Below, piece by piece: positions 30,043 to 39,527 of a DNA stretch of 64,000 nt (position 1 is its first letter; each line of letters starts with the position of its first letter). Origin of the DNA: an uncultured bacterium. Lineage in GTDB: Bacteria; Verrucomicrobiota; Verrucomicrobiia; Limisphaerales; UBA8199. A program made the translations under genes and the position numbers. Under the pieces are notes generated by a model, which searched no databases, had not been told where the DNA came from, and worked only from the letters and a program-made list of their open reading frames with translations. The stretch spans positions 1,189,837-1,253,836 of the forward strand of contig CAVVMW010000006.1 of NCBI GenBank assembly GCA_963749495.1, given 5' to 3'.

Positions 30043-32939
30043 ACATCCAGTTCACTCAACCGCTTTACTTGCTGCTGCTGGTCCCGGCGCTGGCCTGGGT
30101 GTTCTGGTTCGCCTGGAAGAGCGATGTGCAGATTGGCCGTTGGCGGCGCTGGACGGCCCTGGCCATTCGCGTGGTGGTGCTCACCGCCCTGGTCTGCGCC
30201 GTGGCCGGCCTGCAAATGCTGCGCCCGGTCGAGGGCATGAACGTCTTCTTCGTCCTGGACCGTTCGGACAGCGTCCCCTCCCCCCAGCAGGAGGCCGCCA
30301 AGGAATATGTCAACACGGTCGCCAAGCAAAAGAAGCGCGGCGACAAGGCGGGCGTCATCGTCTTCGGCAGCGAGGCCAGCATCGAGTCCTCGCCCAGCGA
30401 TGCGCTGGACCTGGAGAAGATCCAGGCGGTGGTCGGCACGGAACGCACCGACTTGGCCTCGGCCGTGCGCCTGGGCACCGCCGCCTTCCCCGAGACGGGC
30501 CAGAAGCGGCTGGTCCTGTTGACCGACGGCAACGAGAACATTGGGGACGCCATGACGGCGGTGCTGGCGGCCAACCAGCAACTCGGGGTGACCGTGGACG
30601 TGGTGCCGATGGGCGTCTCGCGCGCCAACAACGTCTCGGTGCAAAAGCTCCAGTTGCCCCCAAAGCTCAAGAAAGGCCAGGCCTTCGAGGTCAAGATCCA
30701 CATCCTGGCCGACCAGGCCACGCCCGCCACCGTCCGGCTCTTTCGCAACGAGCAGTTCCTGGGTGAAAAACGGGTCCAGCTTTCCGCGGGCAAAAACCTC
30801 TTCGCATTCCCCCAGACGCTGCCCGAGCCCGGCTATTACGGGTATGACGTGCAGGTGGACGTCAAGGACGATCCCTTGCCCCAGAACAATCGCGGCTCGG
30901 GATTCACCATCGTCAGCGGCGACCCCGAGGTCCTGATCGTCTCCGCCGATCCGGAGAAGGACAAGCCGCTGGCGGCGGCGCTGCTGGCCTCCCAGATCAA
31001 GAACCGGCTGGTCGGCCCGGCCGGTTTCCCGGGCACCCTGGCCGAGATGCAGAGCTACGACGCCATCTTCATCAGCAACCTCGAGGCCGGCGACGCGCAC
31101 CTGGGCAACGACCGCTTGAAGCTGCTGGAGAGCGCCGTCCGCGATTTCGGCGTGGGCCTGGTCTGCGTTGGCGGCGACCAGACCTACGCGGCCGGCAGCT
31201 ATCGCAACACGCCGCTGGAGTCCACCCTGCCGGTGAACATGGAATTGGACAGCAAGAAGGTCCTGCCCAGCGGCGCCGTCGTCCTCATCATGCACGGCAT
31301 GGAATTCAACAACGGCAATCAGGTCGCCCGCGATTGCGCCGAGGGCGTCCTGGCGGCGCTGGGCCCCTCCGACGAGATGGGCGTGCTGCTCTGGGATGGG
31401 ACCGAGCGCTGGCTCTTCGAACTGCAAAAGGTTGGCAACCGCAAAGAACTGGCGGCCCAGATCGCCGGCATGAACCAGGGCGACATGCCCAGCTTCCAAG
31501 GCCCGCTCGAGCAAGCCTATGCAGCCCTCAAGAAATCCACCGCCAGCCTCAAGCACATCATCGTCTTTAGCGACGGCGACCCCACCCGCCCCACTGAGGA
31601 GTTGATGAAGTCCATCGTCGACGACCGCATCACCGTCAGCACCATTCTCATCTCCGGCCATTCCGGACCCGACACCATGGAGTTCATGGCCGAGCGCGGC
31701 AAAGGCCGCGCCTACGAGGTCAAGTCACCCGACAATTTGCCCCAGGTCTTCATCAAAGAAACCGCCGTCATTCTCAAGTCCGCCATCTACGAGGAGCCCT
31801 TCACGCCCCAGCTCCGCTCGTCGAGCGAGGTCGTGCGCGGCATCGGCGCCGGCGAATACCCCAAACTGCTCGGCTACGTCGCCACCACACCCAAGCCCCG
31901 CGCCGAAACTCCCCTCTGGACCGATAAAGGCGACCCGCTCCTGGCCCATTGGCAATACGGCCTGGGCCGCGCCGTCGCCTTCACCTCCGACGCCAAGGCC
32001 AAATGGGGCAAGCTCTGGTTGAACTGGGACAAATACCGCCAGTTCTGGTCCCAAATCGCCTCCTGGAGCCTGCGCCGCATCGAAAACGCCGACTTCAACA
32101 CCGAGGTCACCGTGGACAAAGGCGAGGGCGTCATCAACGTGGACGCCTCAGACGCCGAGGGCAACTACCGCAACTTCCTCAATCTCCAGGCCCTCGTCGT
32201 GAGCCCCAAAGGCCAGAGCCAGACCGTCCATGTCGAGCAGACCGGTCCGGGCCATTACGAGGCCCGGTTCCCCACCAAGGACGTCGGCTCCTACACCCTG
32301 CACCTGCTGGACATCAAGGACGGCAAGGTCCGCGCCTCACAGCGGCTCGGCGCCAGCGTCAATTACTCCCCCGAGTTCACCACCAGCGAACCCAATCTCA
32401 ACCTCCTGCGCCGCATCGCCGAGAGCGGCAAAGGCAAAGTCCTTGACCCCACCAACTTCGAACTGACCCCCTTCTCGCACGGCCGGCACAAGACCTTCCA
32501 GCCCCGCGCCCTGTGGGAATGGCTCGTGCGCTTTGCCATCCTGCTGTTCATCCTGGACGTCGCCGTGCGCCGTATTCAACTCGACCCGGACGAGATGCGC
32601 CGCATCTGGCGAAAGGTGCGGACTGCCCTCTTCTTCTGGCAGGGCGTGCCCCGCGCCCCCGAGGCCGAGGAATCCCTGGCCGCGCTCCTGGCCCGGCGCG
32701 ACGCCGTCCGCTCCAAGCAGACCGCACCGGCCATCGAGCCCAGCCCCGACCTGTTCCGCCCGGAAAAAGCCCCCACCCTGCCCTTGCCCGGAACCGAATC
32801 CGAATCCGCCGCCGCCCCCGCCCCCGCCGCCGAACCAGCCCTCCAACCCGCCCAACCCGCCGCCCAAGAGCCCGCCCCCGCCTCCACCACCGCCCGCCTC
32901 CTCGAAGCCAAACGCCGCGCCCAGCAGAGAAGGAGATGA
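30039..32939 (+). CDS. VWA + glutamine-amidotransferase-like domain membrane protein
   Basis: 'FFVLDRSDS', 'LVLLTDGNEN', 'GLVCVGG..TY.AG.Y..TPLE..LPV', 'IIVFSDG', 'WQYGLGRAVAFTSD'. Confidence 0.9.
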   Translation: MNIQFTQPLYLLLLVPALAWVFWFAWKSDVQIGRWRRWTALAIRVVVLTALVCAVAGLQMLRPVEGMNVFFVLDRSDSVPSPQQEAAKEYVNTVAKQKKRGDKAGVIVFGSEASIESSPSDALDLEKIQAVVGTERTDLASAVRLGTAAFPETGQKRLVLLTDGNENIGDAMTAVLAANQQLGVTVDVVPMGVSRANNVSVQKLQLPPKLKKGQAFEVKIHILADQATPATVRLFRNEQFLGEKRVQLSAGKNLFAFPQTLPEPGYYGYDVQVDVKDDPLPQNNRGSGFTIVSGDPEVLIVSADPEKDKPLAAALLASQIKNRLVGPAGFPGTLAEMQSYDAIFISNLEAGDAHLGNDRLKLLESAVRDFGVGLVCVGGDQTYAAGSYRNTPLESTLPVNMELDSKKVLPSGAVVLIMHGMEFNNGNQVARDCAEGVLAALGPSDEMGVLLWDGTERWLFELQKVGNRKELAAQIAGMNQGDMPSFQGPLEQAYAALKKSTASLKHIIVFSDGDPTRPTEELMKSIVDDRITVSTILISGHSGPDTMEFMAERGKGRAYEVKSPDNLPQVFIKETAVILKSAIYEEPFTPQLRSSSEVVRGIGAGEYPKLLGYVATTPKPRAETPLWTDKGDPLLAHWQYGLGRAVAFTSDAKAKWGKLWLNWDKYRQFWSQIASWSLRRIENADFNTEVTVDKGEGVINVDASDAEGNYRNFLNLQALVVSPKGQSQTVHVEQTGPGHYEARFPTKDVGSYTLHLLDIKDGKVRASQRLGASVNYSPEFTTSEPNLNLLRRIAESGKGKVLDPTNFELTPFSHGRHKTFQPRALWEWLVRFAILLFILDVAVRRIQLDPDEMRRIWRKVRTALFFWQGVPRAPEAEESLAALLARRDAVRSKQTAPAIEPSPDLFRPEKAPTLPLPGTESESAAAPAPAAEPALQPAQPAAQEPAPASTTARLLEAKRRAQQRRR

Positions 32940-32960
32940 TGCGGGGGACGGACTGGACGG

Positions 32961-35040
32961 GTCGAGTAGGGACGCGGGTTGCCCCGCGTCCCCCTCGCAG
33001 ATCCCGGCGGGCGGTTTTCCCGCACCGGGTTCTTCACGACGACTCGCTCGCGCACGCGCACGGTCGGCAGGCGTCCCCATACAGCTTAATCTGACTGAGC
33101 TGTTCGAGGTCCCATTCCGCCGGGCCACGCAGACGCAGAGAGCCCCCTGCCCGTTCCACCACTCGCGGTGGTGGCACCTTGAAGCGCTGGAGCAGCCGGT
33201 CGAAGGTGCGCCAAGTGAAACTGCGCCGCTGACTCCGCCGATTCAGCCACTTGTACAGGATGCGGCTGGTTTCGCGGTGGTAGCGGTTCAGGCTCTCAGA
33301 GTTGCCTATGATTCCATAGTAATTCCAGTAGCCTTGATATTTCGCTCTCAGCGTTTCCATCAACTCGCCCAGCGGGTTATGCCTCTCGGCTTTAATCCAC
33401 TCGGTGAACCGTTGCACCGCCCCCCGCAATTTCTTGCGGCTGGTGCGACGCTTGACAGTGGGCTGCCCCCGGTGGCCCCGACCCCAGGAAAACTCAAATC
33501 CCAGGAAGTCGAACCGCCCGTTGTGCCGCCCACCCCATGGCCCAAAACGTATTCGCTGCGTCTTGTCCATGGCCAGTTCCAACCCGAACTGGTGCATGCG
33601 CTCCTGAAGCGCCTGCTCGAACGCCTCGGCCTCGTGCCGATAATCGAAGCAGCACACAAAGTCGTCCGCATAGCGGAACAACCGGCTCTGCCCCCGATAC
33701 CGTTTGCGCATCCGCCGCTCAAACCACAGGTCCAGCACGTAATGCAGATACACGTTGGCCAGCACTGGAGAAACGCTCCCCCCCTGGGGCGTGCCGCTCT
33801 CCGGGTGCTCGACGCGTCCGTCTTCTTCAAGGATGCCTGCTCGCAACCATTTGCGTATCAGGCCCAATAACGCCCCATCATCCACCCTGAGCGCCAGCAT
33901 CTTCAGCAACCAGTCATGCCGGATGTGCTCGTAGTAGCCTTTGATGTCGGCCTCGACGATGAACTCGAACTGCCCCCGGTGTAGCGCATCGGTCAGCCCC
34001 CGCACTGCTTGCAGTGCGTCGCGCTGAGGCCGATAGCCGTAGCTGCAGTCCAGAAAGTCCGCTTCGTAGATGGCCGAGAGGATGGCCGCTGTTGCACTTT
34101 GCACCAGCTTTTCCTCTAGCGTCGGAATGCCCAAGGGCCTCAGTTTTCCGTTGCCCTTGGGGATGTACTTTCGGCGCACCAGTCGGGCGTGGTAACTCTT
34201 GTTCCTGAGCCGCCTCACCAAGTCGGCCAGATTGCTTTCGAGGTTCTTTTCATACTCCTCGTAGGTCACTCCGTCCACTCCTGGAGCCGCCTCTTTGCGC
34301 AAGGCTTTGAAGCTCTCCCGGAGACTGTCCTGGTTGAGCAGCCGGTAGAGTCCGCCAAACCGGTGCTTGGGGTTCTGCGCTGCCTTGTTGGCTATGGCCC
34401 GCAGGGAGGTTCGCCAGCCTGATTCCGTCGTTCTTACGGTGCTGGTTTCCTTTGCGGGCTGCGTCGTCGTGCCGGCCCCTTGGTCCGGGCTGGGGCAGCG
34501 TGTGCCTGGCCCCGGACTACTATGGACCGGTCCGATTCCCTGCTCTGTACCCATGGGGAGGTCTTCTTGTCGTTGGACCTCCTGTCCCGATTGGCCCCCG
34601 CAGTTGGTGCGTCGGGGGGCGGCAGGGCTTCCCAGTTTCCGTACGGCTCTTTGCTCGCGTGCCACGCTCTGCGACCCCGGCAGGTCTCCGGAGACCTCAC
34701 CTGTAGCGGTCTCCTCCGTGTTGGGTTCCGGTGATGCAACACCGTCTCCACCTGCATGTTGTGGCGTTTCGGGGCTGGATTGCTTTAGCGGGGTGCGACT
34801 CCCGCTTGCGGCCTGCGAGCTTCCCTGTGTACGCTTCCAGGCAGTCGTTCGGCCTTCGGCATCCCTTGCGGGCGCTTGGGCCTGTCCTTCTGCCCGGCAA
34901 CACTCGGGCTTGGGGAGCTGGTTAGGCTTTCCCACCCAGTTCTTTCGTGCTGGGGCACTGTTCATGTTTTCGTGTTGTCGTTCATGTTCAGTTCTGGAGG
35001 GATTTGCACCCTCAGAGCCGCCAGACTTTCACTGGCGCAC
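32961..35040 (-). mobile_element. Group II intron (full length, about 2.08 kb)
   Basis: On the minus strand: 5' end GTGCG at 35040, domain V-like GAACCCGGTGCGGGAAAACCGCCCGCCGGGATC (33032-33000), domain VI GGGACGCGGGGCAACCCGCGTCCCTACTCGAC ending in AC at 32961. Confidence 0.9.
33034..34410 (-). CDS. ltrA: Group II intron reverse transcriptase/maturase (no endonuclease domain; start uncertain)
   Basis: 'APGVDG', 'IPK.NGKLRPLGIP', 'SYGYRP', 'GTPQGGSVSPVLAN.YLH', 'RYADD', 'FDFLGF', and maturase X domain. Confidence 0.92.
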   Translation of the reverse strand, partial: TSLRAIANKAAQNPKHRFGGLYRLLNQDSLRESFKALRKEAAPGVDGVTYEEYEKNLESNLADLVRRLRNKSYHARLVRRKYIPKGNGKLRPLGIPTLEEKLVQSATAAILSAIYEADFLDCSYGYRPQRDALQAVRGLTDALHRGQFEFIVEADIKGYYEHIRHDWLLKMLALRVDDGALLGLIRKWLRAGILEEDGRVEHPESGTPQGGSVSPVLANVYLHYVLDLWFERRMRKRYRGQSRLFRYADDFVCCFDYRHEAEAFEQALQERMHQFGLELAMDKTQRIRFGPWGGRHNGRFDFLGFEFSWGRGHRGQPTVKRRTSRKKLRGAVQRFTEWIKAERHNPLGELMETLRAKYQGYWNYYGIIGNSESLNRYHRETSRILYKWLNRRSQRRSFTWRTFDRLLQRFKVPPPRVVERAGGSLRLRGPAEWDLEQLSQIKLYGDACRPCACASESS

Positions 35041-35296
35041 CGCATCTGGCCGGTACCTCCGCGGGAGAGAGAGACTGCGGGTCACCAGTTCAGTAGCCCG
35101 AAGGGCTTGTGATCACTCAGCCCAGGGTTGAACGAAGCCGCTACGCGGCGGAGAAGACGGAACTGCTGCGGCTCCGCAGTTCGCAGGCTGGAGGGCTGGT
35201 TTTGCGTTGGCCTATGGCCGGGACTCCCACAGACTGATGACGGTTCGCCATGCACTGACGCACGGCAAACCGTCAACATTAATCTGTACCGCAGCT

Positions 35297-36185
35297 ATGC
35301 ATATAAAAAAAGTTCTCCTCACGCAATCCTGAACCGCTTTGCCGATGACCTGATTCTGCTGCCGCTCCAGCCCCGAAGCCAAGAGATCTACTGGGTCTGT
35401 GTGCGCCAACTCTCCGATCACTTTGAGCGCTCGCCCAACTTGGTCAGCGCCGAGGAACTCCGCCAGTATTTCATCCATCTCAAGACCCAGCGGCACTTGG
35501 CCCGCCAAACCTCCACGCAGGCTTTGTGTGCCATCAAGCTCTTCTGGGAGAAAACCCTCCAGCGGCCCTGGCCGGCGGAACTGGAGTTTGTGCGCGCCAC
35601 ACCCCAATTCAAGCTGCCAGTTATCCTCTCGGCCGCCGAGGTGCGCACAATTATCGCCCGGGTTGCCCCTCTGGACCATCGGGTCGCCCTGACAACGATC
35701 TACTCCTGTGGCCTGCGCTTGGGCGAAGCCGTCAACCTGGAAGTCGGCGACATCGATTCCCAACGGATGTTCCTCCACATCCGGGCGGGCAAAGGCAACC
35801 GCAACCGTTACGTGCCCTTGCCCCAGCGCACGCTCGAACTGCTGCGCGAGCTCTGGCGCAGCCACCGGCATCCACGATGGCTCTTCCCAGCTAAAGGCCA
35901 CAGCGGTCTGGGCGCTGCTACCGCCACAGACCCATGGACCGCAGCACGCTGCAACAAGCCTTCCGCCGGGCCCTGCGCGCCAGCGGCATCAGGAAGGCCG
36001 CCCACATTCATACGCTGCGCCACAGCTATGCCACCCACCTGCTGGAGCAAGGCGAAAACCTCCGCCAATTGCAGGTCAACCTCGGCCATCACAGCCCCGT
36101 CACCACCGTCATCTATACCCACTTAACGACCCTCTGTCAGACTCAGCACCAGCAGCGCATTAACAAATTCATGGGCGACCTCTAG
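35297..36185 (+). CDS. Tyrosine recombinase (XerD-like; frameshifts near 35310 and 35935)
   Basis: 'YSCGLRLGE', '[10 protein letters not shown]', '[13 protein letters not shown]', 'LGH.S..TT.IYTH'. Confidence 0.9.
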
Positions 36186-36196
36186 GCGGCCTCTCA

Positions 36197-37419
36197 ATGG
36201 CCGCAGCCGCTCAGCGCAGCGGCAGCTCCTTATCCGTCCACGACGTGTTGTGCCGATGGGCTCCGGCCTATCTGGAGCAGTTCGGAGCTGCCATGCCCAC
36301 CCGCCAGCGCCAGGTGCTGCAAAACCTTTTGGTTTGCCGCACCGCGGCCCTGGGCGGGGCGATGTACCTATTGCCCCAAGTGCGACCACCGCCACTTCAG
36401 CTACCACTCCTGCAACGACCGGCACTGTCCGCAGTGCGGCGGCCAGGATGCCCAGCAGTGGCTCGATGAGAATACCGCCCTGTTGCTGCCGGTGAACTAT
36501 TTCCTGCTCACCTTCACCGTGCCCGAAGGCTTGCGCCACTGGATCCGCTCTCACCCCCAAAAGGGCTATGACCTGCTGCTGGCCGCCAGTTCCCAGGCCC
36601 TGCAGGATCTGGCTCAAAATCCCAAACGCCTCGGCGCCACCCTCGGTATGCTGGGGGTGCTCCACACCTGGACGCGCACCCTCGAATACCATCCCCACGT
36701 CCACTACCTGGTCCCCGGCGGCGGCCTCAGCCCAGATCAGCGCCAGTGGATCTCCAGCCGCCCTCGGTTCCTGTTGCCGGTCAAAGCCCTGAGCGATCGC
36801 TGCCGCACGCTTTTCCAGGCGGCACTCCAAAAGCAGATGCCCGAGGCCCTTGCCCTCCTGCCGGCCAAAGTCTGGCAGCAACGCTGGGTCGTTCACAGCG
36901 CTGCTGTCGGCAGGGGCCAAAACGCGTTGCGCTACCTCAGCCGTTACGTGTTTAAAACCGCCACCGGCAATCGCCAACTCCAATTGCTGCCTGACGGACG
37001 CTTGCGCTGGCCCTTCCGCCACAGTGCCACGGGGGCTTGGGGCCACATGGACATGGCCCCCTTCGAGTTCCTCCGCCGCTTCCTCCAGCACGTCCTGCCG
37101 CTCAGATTCCATCGGGTCCGCCGCTTTGGCTGGCTCCATCCCGGGGGCCGCGCCCAGTTCAACCGCGTCCGAGCCCCTGCTCAAAATACCGCCCTTACTC
37201 TCCGCGGCCGAGAAAGCCGCTTGGCAGCCTCCGACCTCCAGCCCGCCGACTGACCCGCCCTTGGCCGCTCAAGGAGTCTGCGCCCAGCCCACACCCCTGC
37301 TTTGTCCGCATTGTGGCACCGGGCTGGTCCTGGTCGGCTCCTGGCGCCCAGGACAAAAGGTCATCTCCTTGCCCGACGGCTCCCCCGTCGGCGTCCGCCG
37401 CACCATCAGGCCGCCATGA
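36197..37419 (+). CDS. IS91-family rolling-circle (Y2) transposase (frameshifts near 36370 and 37175)
   Basis: Zn domain 'CRT..LGG..CPKC..SCNDRHCPQC', 'TFTVP', HUH 'HTW...YHPHVH', 'YLSRY', C-terminal CPHC. Confidence 0.9.
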
Positions 37420-37985
37420 AAACCACGCCCTGGACCACCTCACTGCTCGTTCCGGCTGGGGGGCCAACTCCCACCCCCGCGCTTTGTTCGCGTGGCACCC
37501 GCTTGAGCGTCCCAACTGGCCAGTGGCCAATCCCGGAGCCTCGACAACGCTGCCGCCCCGTCAGCACCGGGACTGGCGCAGGTTGGCACGGCTCTGGCCC
37601 GTCCCCAAAAGCCTCGACCGCAGACCGTAGTCAAAGGCAAATCCAGGACTTTCCGCAGTACCCCCAAGGATGGCCCAACGAACCTTGGGCCGCGGCTTCG
37701 TTCAACCCAGGAATGTAGAGAACACGGGGGCGGACCCAACTTCTCCAAAGTCACTTCTGTATTCCCGAGTCCCGCCTTATCTCGCCCCCGCGTTCTCTAC
37801 ATTCCTTTTTCTGTTGCGCGGAACGCGCTACCCTGGGTCAGGCCACCAAACGCTGAAAACCCTGAAAGGGTTTCAGCAGCGATGCTTTCAGGGTTGCGGG
37901 TCGTCGTGCGCTCCTCCCCAGGGTAGCGCGTTCAACCCTGGGCTGAATGATTCCGATCCCTTCGGGATGGAGTCACCTCGCCTCT

Positions 37986-38252
37986 TCATTTCTCCGGTTT
38001 TGAGAGTTTCGCCGTAGCGGATCTGGCAAGGGCAGCTTCTGTCTTTTCCCAATCAGGGTCATCAGGAAGGCTATCTATGACCGGAATCGGAACCATCCTG
38101 ATCTTCCGATCCGGCGTGTGCAGTTTCACGAGCCAGCTATTCTCATCAAGCTGCTGGATCGTCACCGCGGAGCGCGGCGGACATCCGGGCGGCATCACTA
38201 TCCGCCTTCGATCATCAACCATCGTCGATTTCACGATGGGATATTCCCACAT
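37986..38252 (-). CDS. Small AbrB/MraZ-like DNA-binding protein (putative)
   Basis: 'MVDDRRRIVMP' resembles a swapped-hairpin N-terminus. Confidence 0.5.
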   Translation of the reverse strand: MWEYPIVKSTMVDDRRRIVMPPGCPPRSAVTIQQLDENSWLVKLHTPDRKIRMVPIPVIDSLPDDPDWEKTEAALARSATAKLSKPEK

Positions 38253-38403
38253 AACCCCGAGCGTCTCAAGCCTTACAAACCTTTTACACCCGTTTTGCGT
38301 TTCCCGGACAACTCGCGCCGGGAAGATCGGATGATCAAGGACGGGGCCTGCCGGGAATCGGCGTGGCCATGACAACTGAACTTTAGACGCTACGAAAGGC
38401 ATT

Positions 38404-39006
38404 ATGACTATGAAACGGATGACGATCAGACACTTGGCGATTTTGATGGCCGGGCTGGCGGCGCTGAGCGGTCGGGCGGCGGTGGGCACCCTCAGCGGCC
38501 CGTTCACGCATCGGAACCTGCAGGTCTTCCTGGTACACGGGAACACCCAACTGGAAGAGTTGCGCTACGCAACGTTGTCGGAGGCGCTGGGCAAGGGGTG
38601 GGTGGTGGTCAAGGAGACCGGGAACGTGCAGGAACTGACCATCGAGAACAACAAGACCCTGTTCCGGGCGCTTTGGCCCAAGCTCCTCGAGTCGGCCGTC
38701 ACCGAGTCCATTACCGAGTGCCGCACCGACCGCACGTTCCAGCCCGTGCCTCCCGCCGACCTCAGGGCCTTCTTTGATACCGCCGTCTCCGGGACCGCCA
38801 AGGAGCGCCCGGTGTGGAAGACCACCCGCGTCAGGACCTGCACCACCCCGACAACCGTCCTGTTCGAGACGCTGGACCTCCAAGCGGACGGCAATTGGAT
38901 CCACAAGAGCTTCATCAACAAGGGCAAGGAATCCTCGGTGGTCGTGCCCCTGGACCGCGACTCCCGCCAGCCCCGGCAAAATGCCGCGCAGCGCAGCAGT
39001 GAGTAA
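38404..39006 (+). pseudogene. DUF6569/ARPP-1-like secreted protein, probably internally deleted
   Basis: 'GPFTHRNLQVFLV', 'TLSEAL..G.V.VKE.GNV.EL.IEN' jump straight to 'LFRALWPKLLES'; the expected middle region seems absent. Confidence 0.55.
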
Positions 39007-39020
39007 GGCGCCTTGGCCAA
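38864..39020 (+). repeat. 157-bp direct repeat, copy 1
   Basis: Matches 41267-41423 with 7 substitutions and no gaps. Confidence 0.92.
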
Positions 39021-39527
39021 GCATGATTCAGGACGGTGGCAAACCCGAACTTGACATTTGTCACTCCGGTCCATGAGCTTCTTGGATTGAAGGAGTCGAA
39101 GGAGTTTCAAAGTGCCTGCGCGTTGCTTGCGCAGAATTTGGCGCTCTATGAAACTTCAGCTGATCCTGGCTCAGCCCCGGAAACGAGAAACCGGGCTCGA
39201 AGAACACTCCTGAAGCGAGGCTAAATGGTTTTCCCTCCGAGTCGAGCCTTTTGCTGCCGCTTGGGGGATAACCTGTGAACAGGCGCGGATAAGTCGGGGT
39301 TGATCACTTCGAAGCTGGCACCATACGATGCGAGCCATGAATCGAGCTGGCATAAATGTGGGCGAGGGCGGCGGGGCTGGCGCGGAGCGGCTGGCGTTGA
39401 ATGTGGTGGAGCTTTACCAGGACTCTGAGACAGGGCTGAGGGCCAGGCAGGCACTCGAACAGATCGTGCGGCAGCTCACCCGCGCAGCGTCGAAACCGGC
39501 GGCGCGACAAAAAGCAATTTCCCATCA

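Larger units (their letters stand above)
35131..37816 (+). mobile_element. Tyrosine recombinase + IS91-type HUH/Y2 transposase element
   Basis: Two-gene cargo, GTTG at both junctions (35127-35130 and 37813-37816), and removal restores palindrome F. Confidence 0.85.
35097..37966. repeat. REP-like palindrome family F split by an insertion (arms 35097-35130 and 37817-37966)
   Basis: Left arm CCCGAAGGG..TCAGCCCAGGGTTG pairs with the distal right arm CAACCCTGGGCTGA..CCCTTCGGG. Inner GAACGCGCTACCCTGGG pairs with CCCAGGGTAGCGCGTTC. Confidence 0.8.

Noticed and set aside
23991..31661. Long antisense ORFs (e.g. 23991-26069, 29901-31661; also 5601-7619, 46925-48454)
   Set aside because: Shadow ORFs opposite well-supported genes, expected in high-GC DNA, with no motifs.
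35297..36185. Classical integron integrase with cassette array
   Set aside because: The protein appears to lack the IntI-specific insertion before the HxLRH box, is co-oriented with an IS91-type gene, and no series of attC sites follows.
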